A model generated the notes under the pieces. It worked only from the letters and a program-made list of their open reading frames with translations. It was not told the origin of the DNA and ran no database searches. From NCBI RefSeq assembly GCF_009914755.1, contig NC_060936.1: a stretch of DNA of 64,000 nucleotides; one strand, 5' to 3'. The translations under genes and the position numbers were made by a program. Origin of the DNA: the human T2T-CHM13v2.0 reference genome, Homo sapiens. Every line of letters begins with the position of its first letter. Position 1 is the stretch's first letter. Shown here one piece after another: positions 14,916 through 26,929 of the stretch.

Positions 14916-17900
14916 GCAATTAAATTAGTTACAGTAGCTCTTTCCCTCATGTGTGACAAACTCACCAAACTCTAGTAGTGGGCAGCTTTCCTTTCATTTT
15001 AATTATTTTAATTATGGTTTATTATTTCCCAAGCAAGCTCACATTGTGGCAGCCAGTCTTCAGAAAGTACTTCTTCTATTGCCTGATCTATCTAACTGTC
15101 TCTTGCTTTTTAGGAAAATAAACTTAAGACAGTTCGTAATGGTAAAGACAGTCAACTTTGTTTTCACAATAATAAAAACAATTATTTTTTAAATAAATTC
15201 AGTTTCCCTGGAGATGTGTGCTTTACTTCATCATAAGAACACATCATGCCAATGTCATACCTAGAAAATATTTATACATATTAAATTTTTTAATTTAATT
15301 CAATAAATATTCACTGGGCACTTAGCACTTTCTTCTTTCAAGGAACTTACAGTCCAATAGAGAGAAAGTTATGTTAACAAATAATTCCAGCAGGGTAGAA
15401 ATCATATATTTTTCCCTTGAGGCTGAGTGTGAGATAGAGCCTTATCCCAAAGGCAGGCAGTTTATTGAAAATGTGAATAAAGAAGCAATGGGAAAATATG
15501 AATAAGGTGTGAAGGACAGAGAAAGAGAAAAAAATGAAGAATATGTTTTAAAGTTGGCCACTGCTTCAGGCAACTGGAGCTTGATTTTATAGGATTACTA
15601 AAGGAAACTTATGAAATAATGTCTCAGAGCTATCTGTACAAGAGAGAAAAGAAGGGCACATTTATCCATCAGCTCCTAACTTCCATTGGTCAAGTGTGGC
15701 CCTACCAACCTTAGCTCTCCTACACTTTCTAATTTCTGTGGGTATTGAACTAATATTCACAGATATTCCTTATTCTGACATCAGAGAAACCATAGATCTC
15801 AAAACAAAAGGTACATATCATGAGGCCAAAGGTGTGGCACTGTCAAGTCACAACTTGATGTAGCTTGTCAAAATCTGAGCAGATCTAGTCACTGCTACAA
15901 TGGTGGGTGTAAGGTGTGGGGCTTAGGACATATGATATTATGCAGAAGTGTTGTCTAATACAATCCAATTTTTCATCCCTCCAACCTACTCAAACTATCC
16001 GTTAAATCTAAGCTGTCACACTGCCTGCTTCAAGGTAGTGGCCAACCACAATATATTTAAAGACTTAATACAAAGGGATTAGGTAAACAAACTGAAGTCC
16101 TTGCTGTTTCAATTGGCCCCAAGGCAGTAATTAATTTGTATTATCTCTCTCTTGCTCTATCCACATTAGACTTTTCTCACTTTTGTTAGCATTCCAACTT
16201 ATTTATAATTTCTGGAGAGGTGATGTAGTTCTTCGCCCCTGAGACACTAAGTCCTTAATTATCTTTAACTTTTAAGGAAGTGATTGATATAATTGCCTAT
16301 TCATTATTAACTCAGGGCATAGAAACAGCAAGAGATAAACCTAGTGAATTTCCTGAGTTCCAGACGTACTTCTCCCTACCTGCACTGTATGGTAGCAACC
16401 ATAGCTCTCTTTAGAAATCAAGTTACTCACTCCCACCTTTTTACTCATATTTTTCTTTGCATTTTGACCTGATAGCATGCACAACCAATGAAATTCCTAC
16501 TGTATTCTGAGGAAAAGCCTTTCTTCCTGGAGAACTAGGGCCTCTGATTCAACATAGGTTATGGTTATCAAGATAACACAAATTCTACAAGGGGGTGTCT
16601 GAAAGCGATGGTGAGGGGGGCCAATCCTACTCCCATTCCTTAGTTGATTGACCCATCTATTCTACTTGTTGCGGATATAGCCCCATATACTTACTGTTGG
16701 TTCAACACATATACTGTATTCTGGAGGCCAACACTCCAACTCAACACAGTGTTAACCTCAAGCTGGAACTTTCGTTAAGCTTTTATCTAGCCATCCCACC
16801 ATTCTAATATGCCGTCTGCCTCAATATAGTAAGGTATGTAATAAGACCAAAAAAAGTCCACTACCATTCATTCAGTATTGCACTTCTTTTACCATAAAAC
16901 AGGTCTCACTTGGTCTGAAACAAGATGTATGGGTTATCATGCTGATAGACAAGTTTTTCTATAAGCTCTCAGATGATGGTGCTTGCCAAGGCACCATGAG
17001 GAACCAAAGTAAACCCAAGTCCAGAATAGATAAGTTTTGTTAATGATAAACCAGTACCCTTTGTAGGGTAAAGGGTTCTGATACAATCAATTTGCTTTCA
17101 AGTATAAGGTTAATTGTGACACATTAAGAACCCAGTGTTGGGCTCTTTGCTGAAAAATTGGACATTCGCCAATGGCAGTAGTTAAGAAAGGTTTGTTTAG
17201 AGGGATTCTGTATTTAACCGCCATTGCTGTCACCACAGCTACTTTCATGGGTCCTCTGTGAACATAATGGAGTGGCTGGGGATATAGCCTGGTTGACATC
17301 TGCTGGATTTGTCTGCCTGATTGTTGATTGTCTTCTTTCTAGTGGGTGTTCTTGATGGGGATTGATGTTAATACAAAGCCTTCATACTTTGTGCCCATTC
17401 CCAAACTACCTATTTTCATTCCACTTTCCCAGACCTTCTTGTCCTAGATTTTGCTCTTCCAAACCACTGGCTAGCATTCTTACCACTGGACATTAGATAG
17501 ATAGGCCAGTAGAAGATGGGACATCTGAAGACTGGCTAATACGATGTGGCTTCACTTGGGAAATAACAAAACATAATTTTAAAAAAGTGAAATGAAAGGA
17601 AAGCTGCCTATTAGAACATGTACGTCCTTACCATGAGACACTTTTATCCCATACAAAAAAGATACCAGGTGTACCATCCAAAACTTTTCCAATTTGGTGG
17701 ATTTTCCTCAGCACTGTCTTGCAGGACATCCTTGACTGGGGCTATAGTTCCACAGCATTCTAGAACTATTCTAGAATAGTTTTATAAGCCCATCTGTGAA
17801 CCAGTCCCAAGTTTCTCTCTGTTTTATAAATTGGTCTTAGGAAGCCAATCAATAGAAGCATTGGCTGAGGAAGCGGTATTTGTACAATAAAGGTAGGTGT

Positions 17901-18636
17901 AATGGGAATCTGGAATAGCAGTTCAAAAAATTTACCTGTGGTTCATAGACCTGCTGAGGCTCTGTCTCAGATGTGTACAGGGAATTGCTGCTTTGCCCAT
18001 CCAGTCTTGCAGTTTGATGGGTCTGATTCTATCCAGCTTATGCTGGACAAAGACTCCACATGTTTATTTACCACGGGATAGTGTATATGTTTGCTGCATA
18101 TTGCTACATAAAAATACCCCAAAATGTAGTGGCTGCAATTATTTTACCTTCTTTCAGACCATAATTTATTTTAAATCAAACATCTTCACCTCTAAATAAG
18201 TACATAAAGCTGACCCATATTGCTGGAAGTAATACTGGTCTTGGTAGTGCCTCCCGCTTTCCCCATTCTCATTTATAAGGGATAGGGTGTGAAAGATAAA
18301 GACATGGGGCTGTCTTGTCCATCAGGTAGTAAGTTATTTGCCATTATGTAGCTAAGTTTAGCCAGACGGGGCAGGGCAGCTCTACTTTTCCTCATAGGTA
18401 AGGTATGTTCCTTTAATCCAAACCAACAGGTCAAATGTTTTTTCTTCCTATGAGGGTTTCATTTCTGCAAAAATGGCTACTAATTGTAGGTCTTGCATTA
18501 ACCCAAACACACTCTTACATTCAGCTCTATCCAGGGCCTAAAAAATCATCAGAGATAACTAACTCTAAATAACTGTCTTAAAAGTGACTTCCTAAGGAAC
18601 TGCTTATACCTGTCCGTAAAGTGGGCTCAATTTCTT

Positions 18637-18953
18637 TTTCTTTCTTTCTTTTTTTTTTTTTTTTTTTTTTTTGAGACGGAGTCTTGCTCTGTCACCAGGC
18701 TGGAGTGCAGTGGCGTGATCTTGGCTCACTGCAACCTCTCCACCTCCCTGGTTCAAGCGATTCTCCTGTCTCAGCTTTCCAAGTAGCTGGGACCACAGGC
18801 GCATGCCACCATGCCCAGCTAATTTTTGTATTTTTAGTAGAGACAGGGTTTCACCATGTTGGCCAGGATGGCCTCGATCTCTTGACCTCGTGATCCACTC
18901 ACGTTGGCCTCCCAAAGTGCTGGGATTACAGGCGTGAGCCACCGTGCCCGGCC
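18637..18953 (-). mobile_element. AluSc-like
   Basis: Full antisense dimer; perfect TSD tcaatttctt (18627-18636 and 18954-18963). Confidence 0.95.
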
Positions 18954-19184
18954 TCAATTTCTTAAATGTATTTCCTGTAGTTGCACGTTCTCTTGTCCTA
19001 CAGCATTTCTCATGTATTTTTTTAATTGTGCTTATTGTAATTAAAGGTAAAACAAGACTAGCTTTTCTCTCAAATATTACATCTGCTCAAATCCCTTTGG
19101 TTGGAGCTTCACTTGATGGCCAAAGTGCAAAAAAACTTAATCTCATTTGTCTCTTGATCAGTTTTTCCTTTTAATTTTGCTATA

Positions 19185-19284
19185 GTGAACAAGCAAACAA
19201 GTGAATAAACAAGCAAACAAGTGAACAAGCAAACAAGTGAATAAACAAGCAAACAAGTGAACAAGGAAACAAGTGAATAAACAA
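19185..19284. repeat. 36-bp tandem repeat, about 2.8 copies
   Basis: Unit gtgaacaagcaaacaagtgaataaacaagcaaacaa. Confidence 0.95.
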
Positions 19285-19906
19285 AGGCTCTGGCACTTTG
19301 TTATCAGCCTGCACATTTCTTTTAATCCATTTTCTATTTCTCTAGGCTCCATATCTACCATCTCTAAACGCCATTAATAAGTTTTCCATCACAGAACACC
19401 AAGTTTTTGCCACTTCAAACCAAGGGTGATTTGGTAACCATTTCAGCCATGAAAAGTTCATTTTAATGTTTTTTCTTTTCTTCTCTCTTTCCTCAAGACC
19501 ATCTTAGCCACTTCTCTACAGAGTGAGTCAGGGGTGTCTTCAGCAGTCCCACTTAGAATACCAACAGTGCTAATTTGTCTTTATGGCAGGAGTCTTTTAT
19601 AATGAGTTGTTTATGTAAGCATATTCCAGCCATGTGACCAGCCTCAAGCATTAAAACCCCATGGGTTCTACTGAAACCAGCTGCAAGTCAAATCCAAAAC
19701 ATATGTAACACATGTTACATTACTAAGCAATACTAACTGGTAATTACGTTTGTTCCCAAACAACTCACAGACCCTTGGTTGCAAAACACGGTTTATCTCA
19801 GTTAGTGCATTGGACAAGGATGATGAGTACTGTGCTTCTGGCAACTTCAGAGATAAGTATGCAACCAACAAATCCAGTCTGGCTGAGATTAACCCATGCT
19901 GTACAC

Positions 19907-20133
19907 TAAGAGTCAGAAATCTTTTTCTGTAAGAGGCTAGATAGTAAATATTTTCTTTTATGTTTTTGGCCATAGGGTCTGTGTTGAAAATACTAAACTC
20001 TGCTTTAGCAGCATGCAATCAGCCATAGACAATGCATAAGTGAAGGGTCATGGCTGTGTTTCAGTAAGATTTTATGTATAAAATTAGGCAATGAATCATA
20101 TTTGGCCCACAACTTCTAATAGTCCAATCCCTG
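19907..20133 (+). mobile_element. MER58A-like hAT-Charlie MITE
   Basis: tttttctgtaagaggctagatagtaaatattt...catggctgtgtttcagtaa; 8-bp TSD ctgtacac/ctacacac. Confidence 0.85.
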
Positions 20134-21349
20134 CTACACACCATTGCTTCTCCTTATATCTGTACCTTCTCCAAATCCAGCACTGGTGAGCATCCTAGTA
20201 ACTGTAATGCTGCAACACAGTTATGACCACCCTGGAGTTTATCACCTCTCTACTCATACCAGCAATGCCATCCTTACTTCTTCTAACTGGTTAGTATACC
20301 AGTTCTACAATCCAATTCTGAGAATTGGCTTCTAAGGACCACTTGTATGCCAACTGTCTTAGTTTGGGTTCTCTGAAAGCAGTGGATAGGACAAGGACAT
20401 GGGTGAGGATATTTTATTATATTTGGGATATAATCCCAGGACACAGGAGTGAAGTAATGAAAGGAGTGAAACAAGGAAGGAAGAGAGGAAAATATAAGGA
20501 AACATCAAAATATCTGCTGTGGACAATGAGAACCTCAAGAAAAGCATGCAAAATATTTCCTAGAATTATAACTTAACAGTCCAAAGAATGGAAGCCTGTA
20601 GTCCTTATACACTGGCTCTCATCCTATTTATGGATGGTTATTTACTACCCTGAAATTCTAGACTGAATTTGCGCATGGGCTAAGCAGGATCTTCCAGGCT
20701 TCTGCAGAGTGTGAGATAGCCCTAGAACAGAAAGTGAAAAGATGCACGGTGCACCTGTCAGTACAAGGTGATTCTAAGGTTGCGCTGAACTATCATCACA
20801 GTTATGGCTGAAATCAGAGGTGGGCCAGGGGAAATTACTCAGGGCGTTAGAGGTAACAGTAAAACAGTGAGGGAGCACATAGAGGAAAATGTATTTTAGT
20901 ACTAAGAAAGAATCATCCAAATAAACAGAAGCTTCAAAGTACTGAGAAGAGGAGTGGGGTGGCCTCATGCACAGAGTCGAAAAGCCACCGTACACTGGAC
21001 AGGGGGCCCAAACTAAAACCAAGTGTCCAAGTGTCTGTTTTTTACTGCCCATCTTACATCCAGTTGTGTGGTCTGAAGTTTTCAGTCACTTTAAGACAAA
21101 GTAGATTCAGAGCAGCTCCTCCCTCTGAGTTCAAAATGAGGAGTGCCCTATTATTCTCTCCCCGGTCTCCATGGAGACATAAATGCCCAAGTAACTGATG
21201 CTACTACCTGGAGGGACTCACCTTTACCAACACCAAGGGAGCCAGCCCTGAGAGTTCATGCCAAGTCATCTTTCTCCTGCTTTGTTCCCTGGAACTGATA
21301 AACTGCTGCTTCGAAAAACCAGAAGGCCTTGCCTCTATTTTGTTTTCAG

Positions 21350-21440
21350 TTCTACTCCCTAAGAGCCTCAGCATAAATATGAGAGGAGATAAAGGGAAAG
21401 TTAAGAAACTTCTGTTAGCATTCTGATGTTCAAACCCAAG
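21350..21440 (+). pseudogene. Candidate exon of a degraded spliced gene
   Basis: Acceptor ctctattttgttttcAG, donor AAG|gtaaaa; non-repetitive; the frames I read contain stops. Confidence 0.35.
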
Positions 21441-21448
21441 GTAAAATT

Positions 21449-21660
21449 TTAAAAATTAACCAGGTGTGGCAGCATGCACCTGTGGTCTCGGATATATTGG
21501 AGGCTGAGGCAGGAGGATCACTTGAGCCCAGGAGTTGAGTCTGCAGTGAGTCAGGTTTGCTCTCCTGCAAAACATAGCCTGGGTGACAGAGCAAGACCCT
21601 GTCTCAAAACAACAACAACAACAACAAAAAATCAAACTAAATCAACAAACAAACAAAAAT
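21449..21660 (+). mobile_element. Alu right monomer (FRAM/AluJ)
   Basis: gaggctgaggcaggaggatcacttgagccca plus (CAA)n tail. Confidence 0.85.
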
Positions 21661-22000
21661 CATTAAGAATAAGATCCTTAGTACAATTCAATGTTTTAAA
21701 AATAAAAAATTTATATATTTAACAAATCTGTTCAAAAATTAAGTAAATTGTTACATAGTTAACATAAACTGTTATACACTCATATGTTAACATGCACATG
21801 TTACTCATATACATATGTATATACTTATACACTTATATGTTAACACATTACATACTATTCAACTCATAACTCATATTTTAAAATTATCTAAGGACATTAA
21901 AAATTATCATATTATAAAGTCAAGTGTAAAAAATGCACAAACATTATCAGTGAGTTTTCAGTTTATATGAGTAAGGTGGTGTATTTTCTTTTCACTGCAG

Positions 22001-22182
22001 TCTTGATCTTCCTGTTGAGGGCCATCCAAGAGCACCATGATGAAGTGGAAAGAGATTGTTCACAAGAATGATCACTTACAGAAGACTGAGCCCAAGGCCC
22101 TTGCTGATGGATTCCCAGACTTATATGCATCCGAGATTGAAGAACTTAAACATCTTGCCCTTGCCATGACCACAAATCAGAG
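22001..22182 (+). pseudogene. Candidate exon of a degraded spliced gene
   Basis: Acceptor tattttcttttcactgcAG, donor GAG|gtaaag; Kozak-like gcaccATG at 22037 opens 48 codons to the donor (MMKWKEIVHK...LALAMTTNQ). Confidence 0.55.
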
Positions 22183-22415
22183 GTAAAGTTCAAACAATGC
22201 CTCAGATGTCTCAGAACCAAGCACTTCTGAAGTGTCTGCTGAGCTTAGCAGAGTTTCTGCTGCAGAATGGGTGACAGTATAGGGGCATAAAAGTTTGTTC
22301 TAAAAACAGTGGGAAAACGGAGGAACTGTTCTATATATAGAAACAGGAGTAATAAAAGTCTTTCATAGCATAAGAATGCAACTAGCAGTGACTAATGTCT
22401 TGTGGTTCTTTCTAG

Positions 22416-22556
22416 AGTAATAAAATTTAATGTCCATGGACTTTGACCTTCAAAAGACCAAAGACAGGCTGTTTCAAGAACGCGGTCTTGAACAATTTGT
22501 TGACATCTTCACAAAAGAAAAATAATTCTCTAAATCAGTAACTGAGTCTCCGGAAG
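22416..22556 (+). pseudogene. Candidate exon with frameshift and stops
   Basis: Acceptor tggttctttctAG, donor AAG|gtaagg; 141 nt; best frame LMSMDFDLQKTKDRLFQERGLEQFVDIFTKEK*. Confidence 0.55.
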
Positions 22557-22789
22557 GTAAGGAATCCTGATTTCATGAAATAAGGACAGCATCACAGATC
22601 TAAGGGGAAACAAAGCCTGAAAAAGAGGAAGAAAGGAAAGACTATTCGTAAGCTTTCAAAGGAGATTGGATGGAAATTCTGTAATTAGAAGGTTACCATG
22701 TGTGGAGGGCTGTGGGGCAGGCAGCATTCAGTGTCATTTTGCATTCTTATAGAGATCTGAAATGTGTTTCCTTACTTTGCCTTTTCCAG

Positions 22790-22845
22790 GTTTCTTCTTG
22801 GAAACCCCCACATAGTCTCATGAGCACCTACAATGACAGAAAGGG
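22790..22845 (+). pseudogene. Candidate exon
   Basis: Acceptor cttactttgccttttccAG, donor GG|gtaagt; 56 nt; open in phase 0 (VSSWKPPHSLMSTYNDRK). Confidence 0.55.
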
Positions 22846-23091
22846 GTAAGTCAGCAGCCCCATGTCTTTGAAATTATTGGATCGAAATTCTCCTTTCCTT
22901 TAGTTATACCTGCCATCTCTTTAATTCAGAAACAATTCTGAACTTTAGTGAATTTTTTGCAATCGTTTTATTCCTAGCTTAGGACTGTTTCTGCTCCTGA
23001 AAATCATAGAATTCCCAGATTCTGTGGGTGAGAAATCACTTCATCAGAGACACAATAAAAAACAATCAATGTTTTGAAAATGCAAAGTCTG

Positions 23092-23388
23092 GGTTGGTCA
23101 CTGTGACTCCTGCCTGTAATCCCAGCACTCTGGGAGGCCTAGATGAATGGATGGCTTGAGCTCAGGAGTTCGAGAACAGCCTGCGCAACATGGTGAAACC
23201 CTGTCTCTACCAAAAATGCAAAAAATTAGCTGGGCATGGTAGCATGTGTCTGTAGTCCTAACTACTCAGGAGGCTGAGATGGGAGGATCACTTAAGGCAG
23301 AGGTTGCAGTGAGCCAAGATCTGGCCACTACTGCACTCCAGCCTGGGTGACAGAATGAGACACAGTCTCAAAAAAAAAAAAAAAAAAA
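23092..23388 (+). mobile_element. AluJ
   Basis: Diverged dimer with gcttgagctcaggagttcgag and an A tail. Confidence 0.9.
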
Positions 23389-24249
23389 GGAAGAAAAGGT
23401 TGTCACTTGAAATTTTTTTTATTATACTTTAAGTTCTTGAAATTTTTGAAGTATCATAATAGACACACTCCTAAGGGAAAGAAAATGGGAAATTACTATT
23501 TATTTATACTAATGTTTTAAAATATATATTCTCCCAGTGATCGTTTGTTTATAATGATTTGATCAGTTTCGTCTCTATTTAGTGTACTGGCAACATCTTT
23601 AGACATCAGCAAGACTCAGGAGTAACATGTTTTTGTGCTACCCATAAAATAAACAATTTTTTTCTCCAGTCAATAATCATCTCTCATCTTTCAACACAGT
23701 TGCTCTACTGCTTACTATAGGTCTGTTTTGAGTTAATTTTCAGTGAAAGGCAGGCAATTTTAACTATGAATCTTCTTTCCTGGATCAAATGACCTACCCT
23801 CCCCCAAAACATGACATGTTATTCATAATCCTGCAGTTTTATTAAGTCATGTACTCTTTCGACAAATAAAGGAGAATTCAGTTTAACTACTGACTATCAC
23901 CAGATGGAATGGTTGCTACAATAAGACAAACAATCTAGTCATTGCAAGTAACCAAGATGAGAAACTTAGTTCTCTGAAAAGTTATCTAAATAAATTACTG
24001 GTCATCATACATTTTTGTGCAAAATGCTAAGAAATCTTGTTTCTTATATATTCTAGTGATTATTGTCCTTCATTTATTATTTTCAATTATGTCTCTAAAA
24101 TATAACAACAGGAACAACTAAAACACAGTGTCAAAAGTGAGCTCTTCATTAAAAAAAAAACATGCACAGGATATTTGGTGCTAGTCCCAGTGGAGATTTA
24201 GGAGATTTTCAATCTGTTCAGGCCAATGATCACTGAAGCCACAGTATGA

Positions 24250-24620
24250 CTCTATTTATTCATTTATTACAGAAAATTATTCTACAAATAGAGTAAAAAT
24301 TAAGTGCCTATAGTGTGATAGTTGCCTTGTCTGGCACTACAGAGATGGCTAATTATCACTCTCAAAAATAAAGGACATTATGGGATGTAATACAATAATT
24401 GCCACAATAGTCAGCATATGATCAGTGTCTCAAAGAGAAATTCTGATGAAATACTCTGAGAGGAATGAACAAAGAAGGGAGTATTTGAAAATGGCACTGG
24501 ACCACGAGCAAGATTTCAGTGGACAGGGAAGGCATTGCTGGTGGGACGTTCACTGAGCAGTCAAGAAGCAGGAAAGTGCACAGTACATTTTGAAACCAGC
24601 AAGGTGACTACTTTGGTTTC
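24250..24620 (-). mobile_element. L2 fragment
   Basis: Degenerate antisense L2 3' end. Confidence 0.45.
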
Positions 24621-25258
24621 TATAGGAGAGTAACAGGAAAAAACTAGGGACAAATATTAGCTGGTGTCTACTCTCTGGATAAAGGAAGCAAAGAGTCCAA
24701 TTAAACCTCTGACTATCACAGGAATACATACTGTATAAACCAGCATGATGAATTACATAAAAGGATTCATTCCAGACAAACTTGTGAAGGGGATGAAATT
24801 AGTCTTTGATTCTCATATTGTACTCCCTTCAGTGTGGTAATGCTTTCTTTAAAAATTTACTTGCAGCTCCTTACTTTATAGGAAATTGTAAAATTCTGGT
24901 TAACATCTTCAACTGTTACCTCAGAGATGTTCTATGTATTTTAATTAGAATAAAAGACTTATCATGGGAAAAATAGACACCCATAAGACACACGTACCTG
25001 CACATGTATCCACTGACCCTAAAATGAAAGTTGAAAAAGAAAAAATAAAATAAAATCAAAATTTTTAAGAGAATAAAAAGCTTTTTAAGGGTAAAACTAG
25101 AATTTCAAGCATAAATCGGTGCATAAAGAAAAATTGGGGACAGTATTAACTATCTTCTGCAAGTTTCTAAAATCAGTTACCACCTGTAGAATTAAAGCTC
25201 CATCTAAATGTTATCTGAGCCCTTGAACTTTCAGGTAGAATTTATTTTTCTTCCACAG

Positions 25259-25337
25259 CTATACAGATCCTGGGAGTAAAACTTCTAATGCTGCAGAACG
25301 TGAAAAATTCCACTAAAGAAGTAGTTCTAAGCATGTG
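25259..25337 (+). pseudogene. Candidate exon
   Basis: Acceptor tttatttttcttccacAG, donor GTG|gtgagg; one frame open (IQILGVKLLMLQNVKNSTKEVVLSM). Confidence 0.4.
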
Positions 25338-25579
25338 GTGAGGGGTACTAGAGCATTCGATGCTGGTTATTTAGGCAACATCCATTATGAACTCATCTCT
25401 CTGTTTGTTTCTTCCATAGAAGCCGGAGTGCCTACACTTTTTATCTAGCCTCCCTTGCAAATACAGATGACTATGTCACATACTTCTGGCCACAGAGACT
25501 GAAGCAGAGGTCTGCTGGGGGACCTTCTGGAAAACATATGCTTCACTGATAAAAGGGACAGATAGAGTTTATTGATATC

Positions 25580-26925
25580 TTACAGCTAACATTATAATTA
25601 ATGAGGGAAAACAGAAAGTCCACTAAAATCCAGTACAAGACAAGGATGTCCACTCTTGTCACTTCTATTCAACATACTGCTGTAAGTACCAGCAAGAGCA
25701 ATCAGACAATCAAGGAAATAAAAGGCATTCAAACTAGAAAGAAAAAAGTAAAATTGTCTCTAATTTGCAGGTGACATAAGTCTATACGTAGAAAACCCTA
25801 ATCATTCCACAACACACAAAAAAAGTTAGAACTCATAAATGGATTTAGGAAATTTTTAAGATACAGAATCAATACACAAAAATCAGTGGTATTTTTATAC
25901 ACGAATAATGACCTTGCTGAAAAATAAATCAATAAAGCAATTTCATTTAAAATAACATCAAAAAGAATACAGTCATGTATCACTTAACAATGAGGATACA
26001 TTCAGACAAATGTGTAATTAGACAATTTCATCATTTTGCAAACATCATAGAATGTACTTACACAAACCTAGATGGTATAGTCTGCTGCACACCTAGGCTA
26101 TATAGGACAGCCTATTGCTCCTAGGCTACGAATCTGTACAGCATGTTACTGTACTGAATACTGTAGGCAATTATAATACAATGGTAAGTATTTGTGTATC
26201 CAAACATAGAATAGGTACAGTAAAAATATGGTATTATAATCTTATGGGACTCCTGCTGTATATACTGTACCTCCTTTTCTATGTTACAAAAGATTAAAAG
26301 CAGTATATCTGTATAGGATACTTCCCATGAATGGAGCTTGCAGGATTGGAACTTGATCTGGGTGAGCCATGAGTAAGAGAAGTGAAGTGAGTGAATATAA
26401 AGGCCAAGCACATTACCATATTCTTTTAAACAATTGGCAGTGCAGTAGGTTTGTTTACACCAGCATCACGTCAAAGGTGTGGGTAGTGCCTTGCATGATG
26501 TCATTATGATGTCTACAACATTACTAGGCAACAGAAATTTCTCAGCTCCATTATAATTTTATGAGACCGCCATTGTATATGCAGTTTGTTGTTGACCAAA
26601 ACATTATTATGTGGTACATGACTGTACTTGGGAATAAATTTAACCAAGGAAGTGAAAGACTTGTACACTATAGAAATAAAAACTACAAAACGCTGATACA
26701 AAAAATTAAAGAAAACACAAATACTTGGGAAAAATCCCATGCTTAGGAATCTAAATAATCAATGGCCATACTACCAAAAGCAATCTACAGACCCAGTACA
26801 ATACCTATCCAAATTCCAATGGCATTCTTTACAGAAATTGAAATAAAATATCTTGAAATCAAATGGAACCACAGAAGACTCTGAAAAGGCAAAGCAACTC
26901 TGAGAAAGAAAAACAAAGTTGGAGG
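25580..26925 (+). mobile_element. L1M ORF2 (reverse transcriptase) fragment, interrupted by Tigger3
   Basis: acaagacaaggatgtccactcttgtcacttctattcaacat (RQGCPLSPLLFN motif); resumes tacttgggaataaatttaacc. Confidence 0.85.
25970..26624 (+). mobile_element. Tigger3-family (Tc1/mariner) non-autonomous element
   Basis: Terminal inverted repeats (TIRs) cagtcatg...catgactg with TA flanks. Confidence 0.9.
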
Positions 26926-26929
26926 CAAA

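Larger units (their letters stand above)
15405..20865 (-). mobile_element. Ancient ERVL-class provirus (ERV3-16A3-like internal region, LTR33/41-like LTRs), highly degraded
   Basis: 5' LTR about 20355-20865 followed on the minus strand by a PBS-like gttggcatacaagtggtcc; integrase zinc-finger remnant (IPLNKPFLTTAIGECPIFQQ in ORF 17087-17299); dUTPase-region remnant near 16290-16440 (REKYVWNSGNSLG, LLLFLCP); purine tract then 3' LTR about 15405-15962. Confidence 0.7.

Noticed and set aside
18604-18957. Alu-derived ORFs (also near 10108, 12384, 32269, 39337, 54870, 63721)
   Set aside because: Typical Alu translations.
19185-19284. Possible CRISPR-like array (36-bp period)
   Set aside because: Head-to-tail repeats with no spacers, in eukaryotic DNA.
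22001-22182. Resemblance of alternative frames to a kinase C-lobe or cyclic-nucleotide-binding helix
   Set aside because: Short, mutually incompatible similarities with no diagnostic motif.
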